From Halobacteriales archaeon (GTDB lineage Archaea; Halobacteriota; Halobacteria; Halobacteriales; Halorutilaceae), in NCBI GenBank assembly GCA_046545855.1, contig JBKGYY010000001.1:28305-60304 (forward strand): 32,000 nt of DNA, in the 5' to 3' direction. A program made the translations under genes and the position numbers. Below the pieces are notes generated by a model. That model saw only the letters and a list, made by a program, of their open reading frames with translations. It did no database searches and was not told the DNA's origin. Below, piece by piece: positions 10,909 to 19,902 of this stretch. Within the stretch, counting starts at the first letter, position 1; the number at the start of each line of letters is the position of its first letter.

Positions 10909-11940
10909 CTACAGCATCGGCAGGCTGCGTCGCTCTATCTCGTCTAGGGAGTCGACGACCGCGTCGACAGAAGCCACGATGGCGTCGCGCACCACGGAAT
11001 CCCCTTCGAGCACGACGGGTTCGCCGGCGTCCGACGCGTCGCGCACCCGCGGGTCGAGCGGGATGGAACCCAGGAACTCGACGTCCTCCTCGTCCGCGAG
11101 CCTCTCGCCTCCGCCGGCGCCGAAGACGTCGTGCTCGCCGCCGCAGTCCGGGCAGACGAATCCCGACATGTTCTCGACGACGCCGGCGACTTCGACGTCC
11201 GCGCGCCTGAACATCTCGACCCCCTTGCGCGAGTCGTCTATCGAGACTGACTGCGGAGTCGTGACTATCACGGCACCGGTGACGGGCACCGTCTGAGCTA
11301 TGGTGAGCTGTGCGTCGCCGGTGCCGGGCGGCAGGTCGACGACGAGGTAGTCGAGAGAGCCCCACTCGACGTCGCCGAGAAGCTGTGTCAGCGCCTTGTG
11401 GACCATGGCGCCCCTCCAGACGACGGGGCTGTCCTCGTTCGTCAGGTATCCCATCGACATCACCTCGACGCCGTGTTTCTCCGGCGGTATCAGCGTCTCG
11501 TCACGCGTGACCCTCGGTGGCTCGGTGTCACCGAGCATGCGTGGCACGTTCGGACCGTAGACGTCGGCGTCGAGCAAGCCGACGTCGTTGTCTCGCGCCA
11601 GGTGGCACGCGAAGTTGACGGCGTAGGTCGACTTGCCGACGCCGCCTTTGCCGCTCGACACCGCGACGACCCGGTCGACGTCGGGGAGAAGCTGGCTCTC
11701 GTCCCCGGACGTCGCCTCGACGTTCCAGCTTAGGTCCAGGTCGACGTCGTCGAACTCGTCGCGTATGTCGGCTTCGACCTGCTCGCGGACGTCTTCGTTC
11801 GGTACGTCGATGTCGAGCGAGACGGCGTCGGCGTCGACTTCGATGGACTCGACCATCTCGAGCGAGACGACGTCCTCGCCTAGCTCGGGGTCTTCGACCT
11901 CCCTGAGCCTCTCTCGTACCTCGCTTCTGGAGAGCGTCAT
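10909..11940 (-). CDS. mrp: Mrp/ApbC/NBP35-family Fe-S cluster carrier ATPase with N-terminal DUF59-like domain
   Basis: 343 aa. Deviant Walker A SSGKGGVGKST, CPDCGGEH cluster-ligand motif, and an N-terminal VEDPELGEDVVSLEMV (DUF59-type). A minus-strand TATA-like GACTTAAGC (11961-11970) lies about 25 nt upstream of the start. Confidence 0.9.
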   Translation of the reverse strand: MTLSRSEVRERLREVEDPELGEDVVSLEMVESIEVDADAVSLDIDVPNEDVREQVEADIRDEFDDVDLDLSWNVEATSGDESQLLPDVDRVVAVSSGKGGVGKSTYAVNFACHLARDNDVGLLDADVYGPNVPRMLGDTEPPRVTRDETLIPPEKHGVEVMSMGYLTNEDSPVVWRGAMVHKALTQLLGDVEWGSLDYLVVDLPPGTGDAQLTIAQTVPVTGAVIVTTPQSVSIDDSRKGVEMFRRADVEVAGVVENMSGFVCPDCGGEHDVFGAGGGERLADEEDVEFLGSIPLDPRVRDASDAGEPVVLEGDSVVRDAIVASVDAVVDSLDEIERRSLPML

Positions 11941-12027
11941 GGCCGCCGTACGTCTCGGGGGCTTAAGTCAGTACTCGTGTGACTCGCACCTCAGGCAGCC
12001 CGACTAGTAACCGCCGCGCGTCGGACT

Positions 12028-12768
12028 CTACCTGACGTCGTAGACGACGCTCACGTCGGCGCTCGCGGTGACATCGCCCTCGGATATCGTGGTACCCGAC
12101 GAACCGGAGTCCATCTCCTCCGCCACCTCCTGTCTGTAGGGCGACACGCTGCTGTCGGTCGAGCTAGCCGAACGCATCTGTTCGACTTGCACGTCTCCGG
12201 CGCCCGCTATCGTCTCGGCTCGCTCTCGCGCTCGCTCCATAGCGGCTTCGAGCGCCTCGTCCTCTAGCTCGCGCTCGCGGTCGTCGGACAGCTCGAAGCT
12301 CACGCCGCGTACGTCGGTGGCGCCGGCCTCGACCGCGGCGTCGAGCAGTCCACCGACGGCGTCGGTGTCCGTCGTCTCGACTCGTAGCTCGTGTTCGGCT
12401 ACGTGGCCGTCGGGTCGTTCGTCGTCCCTGGTCGGACGCGGTCGTCTTATCTCGAACTGCGACGTCTCCATGTCGTCTTCGTCTACGCCTAGTTCGGCGA
12501 GCGCCTCCCGGACGTCGTCCATGGCTTCGGCGGTCGCCTTCCTCGCGTCGTCGGCGTCGTCTGACTCGTTCTCGACGGCGACGTGCAAGACAGCGAGGTC
12601 GGGCGCCGCCTCCATCTCGGCCTCTCCGCTGACCTCGACGTACCTGTCGTCCTCTTCTCCGTTTTGCTGTGCTGCACCGGAGTCCTGCGCTCCGACGCCC
12701 GCGGTTAGCGCGGCCGTGGCGAGCAGTCCTCCGAGCATTATCGCGATAGCTATCTTCTTTGCCGTCAT
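12028..12768 (-). CDS. Secreted SIMPL/DUF541-family protein
   Basis: I place the start at ATG 12768, giving MTAKKIAIAIMLGGLLATAALTAGVGA (a signal-peptide-like N-terminus). The track ORF extends to 12921 through promoter-like sequence. The body, with repeated alpha/beta halves and a terminal SADVSVVYDV, resembles DUF541. Confidence 0.65.
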   Translation of the reverse strand: MTAKKIAIAIMLGGLLATAALTAGVGAQDSGAAQQNGEEDDRYVEVSGEAEMEAAPDLAVLHVAVENESDDADDARKATAEAMDDVREALAELGVDEDDMETSQFEIRRPRPTRDDERPDGHVAEHELRVETTDTDAVGGLLDAAVEAGATDVRGVSFELSDDRERELEDEALEAAMERARERAETIAGAGDVQVEQMRSASSTDSSVSPYRQEVAEEMDSGSSGTTISEGDVTASADVSVVYDVR

Positions 12769-12812
12769 GGCGTCTGGGTGTTCGGCGGCCCGGAGGTTAT
12801 ATCTGACGTAGG

Positions 12813-12830
12813 CTAAAACGTGTATTTTAG
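12813..12830. promoter_or_regulatory. AT-rich palindrome formed by two back-to-back TTTTAG elements in the SIMPL/argS divergent spacer
   Basis: CTAAAA-CGTGTA-TTTTAG is a perfect 6-nt inverted repeat. TTTTAG is also the core of the pan TATA (14744-14749) and of the element at 19896-19901. Confidence 0.4.
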
Positions 12831-12935
12831 TGTCAGACAGTACGTTAACAAAGCCTCGCGAGCCTCGCGGTAGGTTCGATGCCCGAAACGAGAAGACGTC
12901 GACGTCACGCAGGCCGCCCACCTATTCCGACAGCG

Positions 12936-12942
12936 TTTAAAT
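12936..12942 (+). promoter_or_regulatory. TATA box for argS (leaderless)
   Basis: TTTAAAT is centred about 26 nt upstream of ATG 12965. Confidence 0.55.
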
Positions 12943-12964
12943 CCAGGTGCGCCAAACACCCGCC

Positions 12965-14665
12965 ATGCTCTACGAACTCCGGAGACAGGTCGAGAACTCC
13001 GTGACGGAGGCGCTCGAACACCTCGACCTATCCGGAGAACCCGACGTCGAACTCGCGCCCGAAGACGTAGACGCCGTTCTCGCGTCGTCGACGGCGTTCA
13101 AACAGCCCGGCGACCCCACGAAGACCGCGGCCGAGATAGCCGACGTCGCGCCGACCGACGGACTCGTCGGCGACGTCGAAGCACTGGGGCCGTACGTCAA
13201 CTACACGCCGAGCGAAGAGTACTACGCCGAGACCCTCAGGCGGTCGCAGCACCGCGACTACCCCGCGCTCCCCGAGAGAGACGAGAGCGTCCTGCTCGAG
13301 CACACCTCCGCCAACCCCACGGGACCGCTGCACGTCGGGAGGGCGCGCAACCCCATCATAGGAGACAGCCTCGCCCGCCTCCTCCGTCTAGCGGGCTACG
13401 AGGTGGAAGTCGAGTACTACGTCAACGACGTCGGCCGACAGGTCGCCACGATAACCTGGGCTCTCGACGAGTTCGACGAGACCGAACTCGGAGACGTAGA
13501 CCGCGACAAACCCGACCACGACGTAGTGCGCTACTACCGGAGGGCGAACGAGGTGCTCGAGGGCGACCGCGGTGACGAAGCCGCCGAACGCGCAGAGGAA
13601 GAGATAGACGACCTCCTTCGGGGCCTCGAACGCGGAGACGACGAAGCCCACGAACGCGTCACCGAGGCCGTCGAACGCTGTCTCGACGGACAGATGCAGA
13701 CGCTCGAGAGACTCGGCGCGACGTACGACTCGTTCGTCCGCGAGAGCGAGTTCGTGCTCGACGGAAGCGTCGACGACGTCAGCGACGCCCTCAAGCGAGA
13801 CGAAAGGTGCACGCGGGACGGAGACGCCTACGCCCTCGACCTCACGGACCACGGCATCGACAAAGAGCTCGTCTTCCTCCGCGCAGACGGAACGTCGCTG
13901 TACACCACGAGGGACATCGCGTACCACGTCGACAAGTTCTCGCGGTCCGACCGCGCCGTCAACGTGCTCGGCGAAGACCACCGGCTCCAGGCCCGACAGC
14001 TAGGCGCTGCGCTCGACGTCCTCGACGTCGACCGCAGGCCCGAGAACATCTTCTACAGCTACGTCAACCTGCCGGAAGGCAAGATGAGCACGCGAGCCGG
14101 CACCGTGGTGGACGTAGACGACCTGCTCGACGAAGCCGTCGAACGCGCCCGACGCGAGATAGAGCTCCGGTCGGAAGACCGCGAACGCTCTATCGAAGAC
14201 GTAGACGAAGTCGCGAAGGCCGTCGGAGTCGGAGCCGTACGATTCGACGTCGTAGCCCGACAGCCCGAGAAACCCATCACGTTCCGATGGGAGGAAGCGC
14301 TCGACTTCACCGGACAGCACGCTCCCTACGTCCAGTACGTTCACGCGCGCGCCTCCGGCATCCTCGAGAACGCCGTCGAACCCGAGCCCGACGTCGGAGC
14401 GCTCGTCGAACCCGAGGCACGCGCGCTCGTCGAGAAGGTCGCGGAGATGTCGTACGTCGTCGACGACGCCGCCTCGGGCCTCGCACCCCACCGCGTGGCG
14501 ACGTACAGCCGCGAGCTAGCCGAGAGCTTCAACGAGTTCTACCGGGAGTGCCAGGTCGTCGGCTCCGACCGGGAAGCCGAGCGCGCCGCCCTCGTGCGTT
14601 CCGCGAGGAACGCCATCGCGGGGTCGCTCGACGTGCTCGGCGTCGACGCCCCCGAGGCGATGTAG
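12965..14665 (+). CDS. argS: Arginine-tRNA ligase
   Basis: Class I HIGH-type motif HTSANPTGPLHVGRARN, an anticodon-binding (DALR-type) C-terminal domain, and the family-typical terminal Met (..APEAM). ATG 12965 is preferred over the track's GTG 12947. Confidence 0.93.
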   Translation: MLYELRRQVENSVTEALEHLDLSGEPDVELAPEDVDAVLASSTAFKQPGDPTKTAAEIADVAPTDGLVGDVEALGPYVNYTPSEEYYAETLRRSQHRDYPALPERDESVLLEHTSANPTGPLHVGRARNPIIGDSLARLLRLAGYEVEVEYYVNDVGRQVATITWALDEFDETELGDVDRDKPDHDVVRYYRRANEVLEGDRGDEAAERAEEEIDDLLRGLERGDDEAHERVTEAVERCLDGQMQTLERLGATYDSFVRESEFVLDGSVDDVSDALKRDERCTRDGDAYALDLTDHGIDKELVFLRADGTSLYTTRDIAYHVDKFSRSDRAVNVLGEDHRLQARQLGAALDVLDVDRRPENIFYSYVNLPEGKMSTRAGTVVDVDDLLDEAVERARREIELRSEDRERSIEDVDEVAKAVGVGAVRFDVVARQPEKPITFRWEEALDFTGQHAPYVQYVHARASGILENAVEPEPDVGALVEPEARALVEKVAEMSYVVDDAASGLAPHRVATYSRELAESFNEFYRECQVVGSDREAERAALVRSARNAIAGSLDVLGVDAPEAM

Positions 14666-14742
14666 AGGGCGCAAAGCCTCCGAGGACGGGTGGACGGCGG
14701 CCTCGGCGCTCGACCGTGGTAATGAGCCGCACACCCAAACTC

Positions 14743-14750
14743 ATTTTAGA
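14743..14750 (+). promoter_or_regulatory. TATA box for pan (leaderless)
   Basis: ATTTTAGA is centred about 26 nt upstream of ATG 14773. Confidence 0.55.
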
Positions 14751-14772
14751 GGGGGTCGTCTATCTAGGCCAC

Positions 14773-15984
14773 ATGAGCGATATATCGGACGAAGTCGAAT
14801 CTCCTGACGACGTCTCCGTCGACGGCTCCCTCGACCGTGTCGAGAAGCTAGAGGAACGCGTGGAGAAACTCAGGTCCGAGAACGAGCGAGTGCGCGACAA
14901 GCTCCTCGACGCAAACGCACAGAAGAACAAGTACGAGCAGAAGATACAGCGCCTCAAACACGAGAACGAGAAGCTCAAGAAGTCCCCCCTGTTCGTCGCC
15001 ACCGTGCAAGAGGTCACCGACGAAGGCGTCGTCATAAAGCAACACGGAAACAACCAGGAGGCGCTCACCGAGGTCACCGACGAGATGAAGGACGGCCTCG
15101 AACCCGGATCACGAGTCGCCGTCAACAACTCTCTCTCGATAGTCAAGTCGCTCGAGGACTCCACCGACGTCCGCGCACGCGTGATGGAGGTCACCGAGAC
15201 GCCGGAGGTCACCTACGGAGACATAGGCGGGCTCGAGAGCCAGATAGAGGAGGTGCGAGAGACCGTCGAGCTACCTCTCGTCGAACCCGAGCTCTTCGAC
15301 GAAGCCGGCATCGACCCGCCGGCAGGAGTCCTCCTGCACGGTCCGCCGGGAACCGGCAAGACGATGCTCGCGAAGGCAGTCGCACGTCAGACCGACGCTA
15401 CGTTCATCAAGATGGCGGGCAGCGAGCTCGTCCACAAGTTCATAGGCGAAGGCGCTCGCCTCGTACGCGACCTGTTCAAGGTCGCGAGACAGAACAGCCC
15501 GAGCGTAGTCTTCATAGACGAGATAGACGCCGTCGCCAGCAAGCGCACGGAGAGCAAGACGAGCGGCGACGCCGAGGTACAGCGCACGATGATGCAGCTC
15601 CTGAGCGAGATGGACGGCTTCGACAGCCGCGGAGACATCAAGATAATCGCGGCGACCAACAGGTTCGACATGCTCGACCGCGCGATACTCCGGCCCGGAC
15701 GTTTCGACCGCCTCATCGAGGTGCCGCTGCCCGAGATAGACGGCCGCGAGCAGATACTCAGGATACACACCCGGGACATGAACGTAGAAGACGTCGACTA
15801 CGGCTACCTCGCGGCGTTGACCGACGGCCTCAGCGGAGCCGACCTCAAGGCGATATGCACCGAGGCAGGCATGTTCGCGATCCGCCGCGGCGAGAGCGTA
15901 GTACGGCAGACCGACTTCGTCGAAGCCTACGAGAAGGTGGCTCAGGAGGACGAAGGCGCGGCGGGCGGGAAGATGTACGCCTGA
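14773..15984 (+). CDS. pan: Proteasome-activating nucleotidase (AAA+ ATPase)
   Basis: 403 aa starting at ATG 14773. An N-terminal coiled coil, an OB domain, Walker A GPPGTGKTMLAKA, Walker B VVFIDEIDA, and a C-terminal hydrophobic-Tyr-X tail (..KMYA). The track ORF (from 13807) is an Arg-rich out-of-frame read-through of argS. Confidence 0.95.
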   Translation: MSDISDEVESPDDVSVDGSLDRVEKLEERVEKLRSENERVRDKLLDANAQKNKYEQKIQRLKHENEKLKKSPLFVATVQEVTDEGVVIKQHGNNQEALTEVTDEMKDGLEPGSRVAVNNSLSIVKSLEDSTDVRARVMEVTETPEVTYGDIGGLESQIEEVRETVELPLVEPELFDEAGIDPPAGVLLHGPPGTGKTMLAKAVARQTDATFIKMAGSELVHKFIGEGARLVRDLFKVARQNSPSVVFIDEIDAVASKRTESKTSGDAEVQRTMMQLLSEMDGFDSRGDIKIIAATNRFDMLDRAILRPGRFDRLIEVPLPEIDGREQILRIHTRDMNVEDVDYGYLAALTDGLSGADLKAICTEAGMFAIRRGESVVRQTDFVEAYEKVAQEDEGAAGGKMYA

Positions 15985-16018
15985 AACGACGCGGCGCCGT
16001 TAGCAGTTCTCACGTGGT

Positions 16019-18328
16019 TCAGCCCAGGAGGTTCGAGGCCATCGACAGCGCCTCACGTGTCTCCCGTACGTCGTGCACCCTGACGTACGACGCGCCCTCG
16101 AGCGCCGCGTAGAGATGAGCGGCGACCGACGCCTGAAGCCTGTCGCCGGACACGTCGAGAGCCTTCGACAGGAACGACTTGCGAGAACAGCCCATCAAGA
16201 GCGGGTAGCCGAGCGACGCTATCTCGCGCGTCCTGCGCAGCAAGGCGGCGTCGCCCTCCGGGCCTTTACCGAAGCCTATCCCGGGGTCTAGCACCACCTG
16301 CTCGTCTTCGACGCCCGCGCGCCGCGCCCGGAGCACGGCCTCCATCAATCGGTCGACTACGTCGTCGACTACGTCGTCGTAGGCGTAGTCCGCCGAGGGG
16401 TCGACGGGGACGTCGACCGAGTCCATGACGACGACGCGGCAGCCGCGTTCCGCCACGAGCCCGCGCATACGTGGGTCGTCGAGGCCGCTGACGTCGTTTA
16501 TCCAGGTCGCGCCGGCGTCGAGCGCCCGCCGCGCAGTCCCCGGGTTACGTGTGTCAACCGACACCTCGGCGTCGACGCCGCCTTCGACGAGCGACTCGAC
16601 GACCGGTACGACCCGGCGGGCCTCTTCGTCGACGTCGACGGCTTCCGCCCCCGGGCGCGTCGACTCGCCTCCGACGTCTACGACGTCCGCGCCCTCGTCG
16701 GCCATCTCGAAACCGCGTTCGACGGCGGCGTCGTAGTCGTGGTACAGGCCTCCGTCGTAGAAAGAGTCCGGTGTCACGTTGAGAACTCCCATCACAGCTG
16801 TGTCGCCGGGCGCGCGTAGTTCGACGTCGAGGTCGGGGTACGGTATCCCGACCGCGGCGGCGACGTCGGCGTGACGCCCGCGATGTCCGGCGACCGAGAC
16901 GTCGACGTGGTCGCCGCCCATTCGAACGCCGTCGACACCGCTGTCGCGCAGGCGCTCGGCTTCGGGCGGCGTGAGGTTCCTGAGGCGCGCGGCGTGGTGT
17001 ACCAGCGAACCGGGTTCGACGTCGAAGCCAGCTAGGTCGCCCGCGACGTCCTCGACCGAACGGTGACGCGCGGCCGTCGACGTCCGACGCCATCGACGCC
17101 GGGCTTCTCCGACGGTGTAGAGCGACCCCGTGACGAGAACGGGGTTTCCGGAGCGGAGCGCGGATTCGAGCGCCGTGAGCACCCCGTCGTGTCTCGTGGT
17201 CTCTACGCCTTGTCTCTCGAAGGCGTCGGCCGTGCGGCCGACCGCCGCCGCTCGGGGGCGACCGGGTTCCGCGACGTAGGCTGCTTCGGCCACGGGCGAC
17301 AGCGCCTCCGCCATCGCTTCGACGTCCTTGTCTCCGAGCGCTCCGAAGACGAGCGACGCAGGCCGTCCGACTACGTCGTCGTACGTCTCCGCGAGCGCTC
17401 TCGCTCCAGCGGGGTTGTGCGCTGCGTCGAGGACGACGACGGGGTCGCGTCCGACGGCCTCGAACCTGCCTGGCCAGGTGGCCCTGCGGACGCCCTCGCG
17501 CGCGGCTTCGACGTCGACGTCGAGCGATTCGAGCAGCTTCAACGCGGTCACGGTGTTGCGTGCGCCGTGGTCGCCGAGCAACGGCGTCGTGAACTCCGTA
17601 TCGACGCCGTCGTACTCGGTCTCGAACGACTGCTCCGCCAGGTCGGCGGAGCCCACCTCGTACCCGTCTTCGACGACCCGGAGGTCGGCGTCTCGTTCTC
17701 GCGCGACGTCGCGCACGACGTCGAGCGCGTCGCCCTCCGCCGCCGTCGCAACGAAGCCGCTTTCGGGGACGACGTGAGCGAGGTCGCGGGCTATCTCGCG
17801 CACGCTGTCACCGAGCTGTTCCGTGTGTTCGAGCGCGACGTTGGTGACGACGGCGGCGTCGGCGTCGCAGACGCTCGTCGTGTCGTACCTGCCGCCGAGA
17901 CCCACCTCGAGCACCGCGACGTCGACGCCGTGTCTCGCGAACACATCCAACGCCATGGCCGTCGTGACCTCGAAGAAAGTCGGCTCGTCGTCGCGCTCGC
18001 GCAACGCCTCGACCGCTGGCTGTACCCTCGACACGAAGTCGGCTATCTCGCGCCTCGTGGTCTTCCTGCCGTCGACCCTCACGCGCTCGCCGAGGTCGTG
18101 GAGATGCGGCGACGTGTAAAGTCCGACGCGTCGGCCGGCCTGCCGTAGGCTGCTTTCGAGGACGCGCGCAACGCTTCCCTTGCCGTTCGAGCCCGCTACC
18201 TGGATACAGTCGAGGTCTTCGTGCGGCCTGCCGACCTCGTCGAGCAGTCGCTCGGCGCGTCGGAAGCCTACCTTGACGTTGTATCGATCCAGACCGTAGA
18301 GGTACTCGATGGCTTCTCCTGCGTCCAT
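16019..18328 (-). CDS. folCP: Bifunctional folylpolyglutamate/dihydrofolate synthase (FolC) fused to dihydropteroate synthase (FolP)
   Basis: The N-terminal half carries the Mur-ligase P-loop VAGSNGKGSV. The C-terminal half carries the pterin-binding DHPS signature VMGVLNVTPDSFYDGG and GADVVDVGGESTRPG. The ATG at 18328 overlaps the purNH stop (TGATG). The track's GTG 18343 is an alternative start. Confidence 0.9.
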   Translation of the reverse strand: MDAGEAIEYLYGLDRYNVKVGFRRAERLLDEVGRPHEDLDCIQVAGSNGKGSVARVLESSLRQAGRRVGLYTSPHLHDLGERVRVDGRKTTRREIADFVSRVQPAVEALRERDDEPTFFEVTTAMALDVFARHGVDVAVLEVGLGGRYDTTSVCDADAAVVTNVALEHTEQLGDSVREIARDLAHVVPESGFVATAAEGDALDVVRDVARERDADLRVVEDGYEVGSADLAEQSFETEYDGVDTEFTTPLLGDHGARNTVTALKLLESLDVDVEAAREGVRRATWPGRFEAVGRDPVVVLDAAHNPAGARALAETYDDVVGRPASLVFGALGDKDVEAMAEALSPVAEAAYVAEPGRPRAAAVGRTADAFERQGVETTRHDGVLTALESALRSGNPVLVTGSLYTVGEARRRWRRTSTAARHRSVEDVAGDLAGFDVEPGSLVHHAARLRNLTPPEAERLRDSGVDGVRMGGDHVDVSVAGHRGRHADVAAAVGIPYPDLDVELRAPGDTAVMGVLNVTPDSFYDGGLYHDYDAAVERGFEMADEGADVVDVGGESTRPGAEAVDVDEEARRVVPVVESLVEGGVDAEVSVDTRNPGTARRALDAGATWINDVSGLDDPRMRGLVAERGCRVVVMDSVDVPVDPSADYAYDDVVDDVVDRLMEAVLRARRAGVEDEQVVLDPGIGFGKGPEGDAALLRRTREIASLGYPLLMGCSRKSFLSKALDVSGDRLQASVAAHLYAALEGASYVRVHDVRETREALSMASNLLG

Positions 18329-19857
18329 CAGTGTCTGAAACACCTGAAGCCCGTGAAAGCCATAGCGATGCCGTGTTCGTCGCAGGCTTCGACGACCTCG
18401 TCGTCGTTGACGGAGCCCCCTGGTTGCACGACGGCTTCGACGCCGGCTTCGGCTGCGACGTCTATGTTGTCGCGGAACGGGAAGAAGGCGTCCGACGCGA
18501 GAACGCAGCCCTCGGTCGGCTTGTCGGCTTTGTCCCGCGCTAGCTCGACGGCGTCGACACGGGACATCTGGCCGGCGCCGACGCCGACGGTCTCCCGGCC
18601 GTCGACTAGGACGATGGCGTTCGACTTCACGTGTTTGACGACGGTGTACCCGAAGACCATCGACTCTATCTCGTCATCGGTCGGCTTCCGCTCCGTCGGC
18701 ACCTCGATGTCGTCGGTCTGGAGGACGCGGTCGTCGCGCCGCTGGACGAGGACGCCTCCTTCGACGGGCGAGTGATCGAAGACGTCTCGGTCGCCTTCCA
18801 GCGAACGCGTCTCGAGCACCCGGAGGTTGTCTTTCTCCTCGAAGACCTCGAGGGCCTCGTCCTCGTACTCGGGGGCGACTACGACTTCCTTGAACGACTC
18901 CGTGATCGCTTCGGCGGCCTCCGCCGTGCACTCGGCGTTGAAGGCGACGATTCCGCCGAAAGCGCTCATCTCGTCGGTCGCGAGAGCGCGGTCGTAGGCT
19001 TCCCCGGCGGTGTCGGCGACCGCGGCGCCACACGGGTTGGCGTGCTTGACGACGACGCACGCGGGACCGGGAAGCTCCCTTACGCAGGAGAGCGCTGCGT
19101 CGGCGTCGTTGTAGTTGTTGTACGACATCTCCTTGCCCTGGTGCTGGCGTGCGTCGCCGACGGACGCGCCCGAGAACGCGGGGTCGCGGTAGAAAGCGGC
19201 GTCCTGGTGTGGGTTCTCGCCGTAACGGAGGTCGGCTGCCTTAGAGTGCGACGTGAGACGCTGTCGCGGCAGACCGTCGGTCTCCCGACGGTCGACCTCG
19301 CCGTCCTCGTACGTCCAACGGCGTTCGACGTAGCCTTGTATCGCGCGGAGGAACGCGCGTCTCTCGGCTGTTTCGAGCCTACGGCGGAGGCTGTCGCGCG
19401 TGTCGCTGGCTTCGACGGAGACGGCCTCCTGGGTTACGATGGGGCCTTCGGTGACGTCCTCGGTGACGACGTGGACGGTCGCGCCGGTCACCTCGACGCC
19501 GGCTTCGAGCGCGGCGCGCCACGGGTCCGCGGTCCTGAAGGCCGGGAGGAGCGACGGGTGGACGTTGAGGTAGACGGCGTCGACGTCGAACGCGTCCTCC
19601 GACATGATCGGCATGTAGTCGTCGACGGCGACGACGTCGGCGTCGAGAGCGACGACGAGGTCCGCAAGCGCCCCGTCGCGGTCGCTCTCGGGCAGCCTCG
19701 TGGCGTCGATGCCGCGGTCCTCGGCGTCTTCGAGCGCGGGGGCGTCTCTGTCGCTGGCGACGCCTACGACGTCGGCGTCAAGCCTGTCCGAGCGCGCCCT
19801 GTCGTCGACGGCGAAGACGTGGGAGGCCGTCGACGAAGTAAGACCCAGTATCCTCAT
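18328..19857 (-). CDS. purNH: PurN-like formyltransferase domain fused to the AICAR formyltransferase domain of PurH (no MGS/IMP-cyclohydrolase domain)
   Basis: The N-terminal domain has NVHPSLLPAF and GATVHVVTEDVTEGPIV. The C-terminal domain has RYGENPHQ, VVKHANPCGAA and QPGGSVNDDEV...CFRH. The start is set at ATG 19857 (MRILGL..), with a minus-strand GATATTA box at 19879-19886 about 26 nt upstream. Confidence 0.85.
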   Translation of the reverse strand: MRILGLTSSTASHVFAVDDRARSDRLDADVVGVASDRDAPALEDAEDRGIDATRLPESDRDGALADLVVALDADVVAVDDYMPIMSEDAFDVDAVYLNVHPSLLPAFRTADPWRAALEAGVEVTGATVHVVTEDVTEGPIVTQEAVSVEASDTRDSLRRRLETAERRAFLRAIQGYVERRWTYEDGEVDRRETDGLPRQRLTSHSKAADLRYGENPHQDAAFYRDPAFSGASVGDARQHQGKEMSYNNYNDADAALSCVRELPGPACVVVKHANPCGAAVADTAGEAYDRALATDEMSAFGGIVAFNAECTAEAAEAITESFKEVVVAPEYEDEALEVFEEKDNLRVLETRSLEGDRDVFDHSPVEGGVLVQRRDDRVLQTDDIEVPTERKPTDDEIESMVFGYTVVKHVKSNAIVLVDGRETVGVGAGQMSRVDAVELARDKADKPTEGCVLASDAFFPFRDNIDVAAEAGVEAVVQPGGSVNDDEVVEACDEHGIAMAFTGFRCFRH

Positions 19858-19895
19858 GTGTGGCGTTGTCCGGCGGCGTAATATCATACTTGCCC

Positions 19896-19902
19896 TTTTA
19901 GA
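19896..19902 (+). promoter_or_regulatory. Orphan plus-strand TATA-like element (TTTTAGAGG, the same 9-mer as the pan promoter)
   Basis: CCCTTTTAGAGGC sits in the 196-nt spacer between purNH and the hemK-like gene. No plus-strand CDS follows it. Confidence 0.35.

Noticed and set aside
12871-12885. GGTTCGATGCC, which superficially resembles a tRNA T-arm/T-loop.
   Set aside because: The flanking sequence cannot form a 5-bp T-stem, and no acceptor, D or anticodon arms can be drawn around it. It is not a tRNA.
12769-12921. 51-codon extension of the SIMPL-family ORF.
   Set aside because: It runs through AT-rich promoter sequence and the palindrome. The internal Met at 12768 gives a proper signal peptide.
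13807-14772. 322-codon N-terminal extension of the pan ORF (the track gives 725 aa).
   Set aside because: It is entirely Arg/Pro-rich, lies inside argS in another frame, and crosses the pan TATA box. The PAN homology begins at ATG 14773.
16554-17093. 179-aa Arg-rich minus-strand ORF and several plus-strand ORFs inside folCP. There are similar Arg-rich ORFs at 30721-31371 and 29516-30352.
   Set aside because: Their composition (over a third Arg by eye) and complete overlap with motif-bearing genes mark them as frame shadows.
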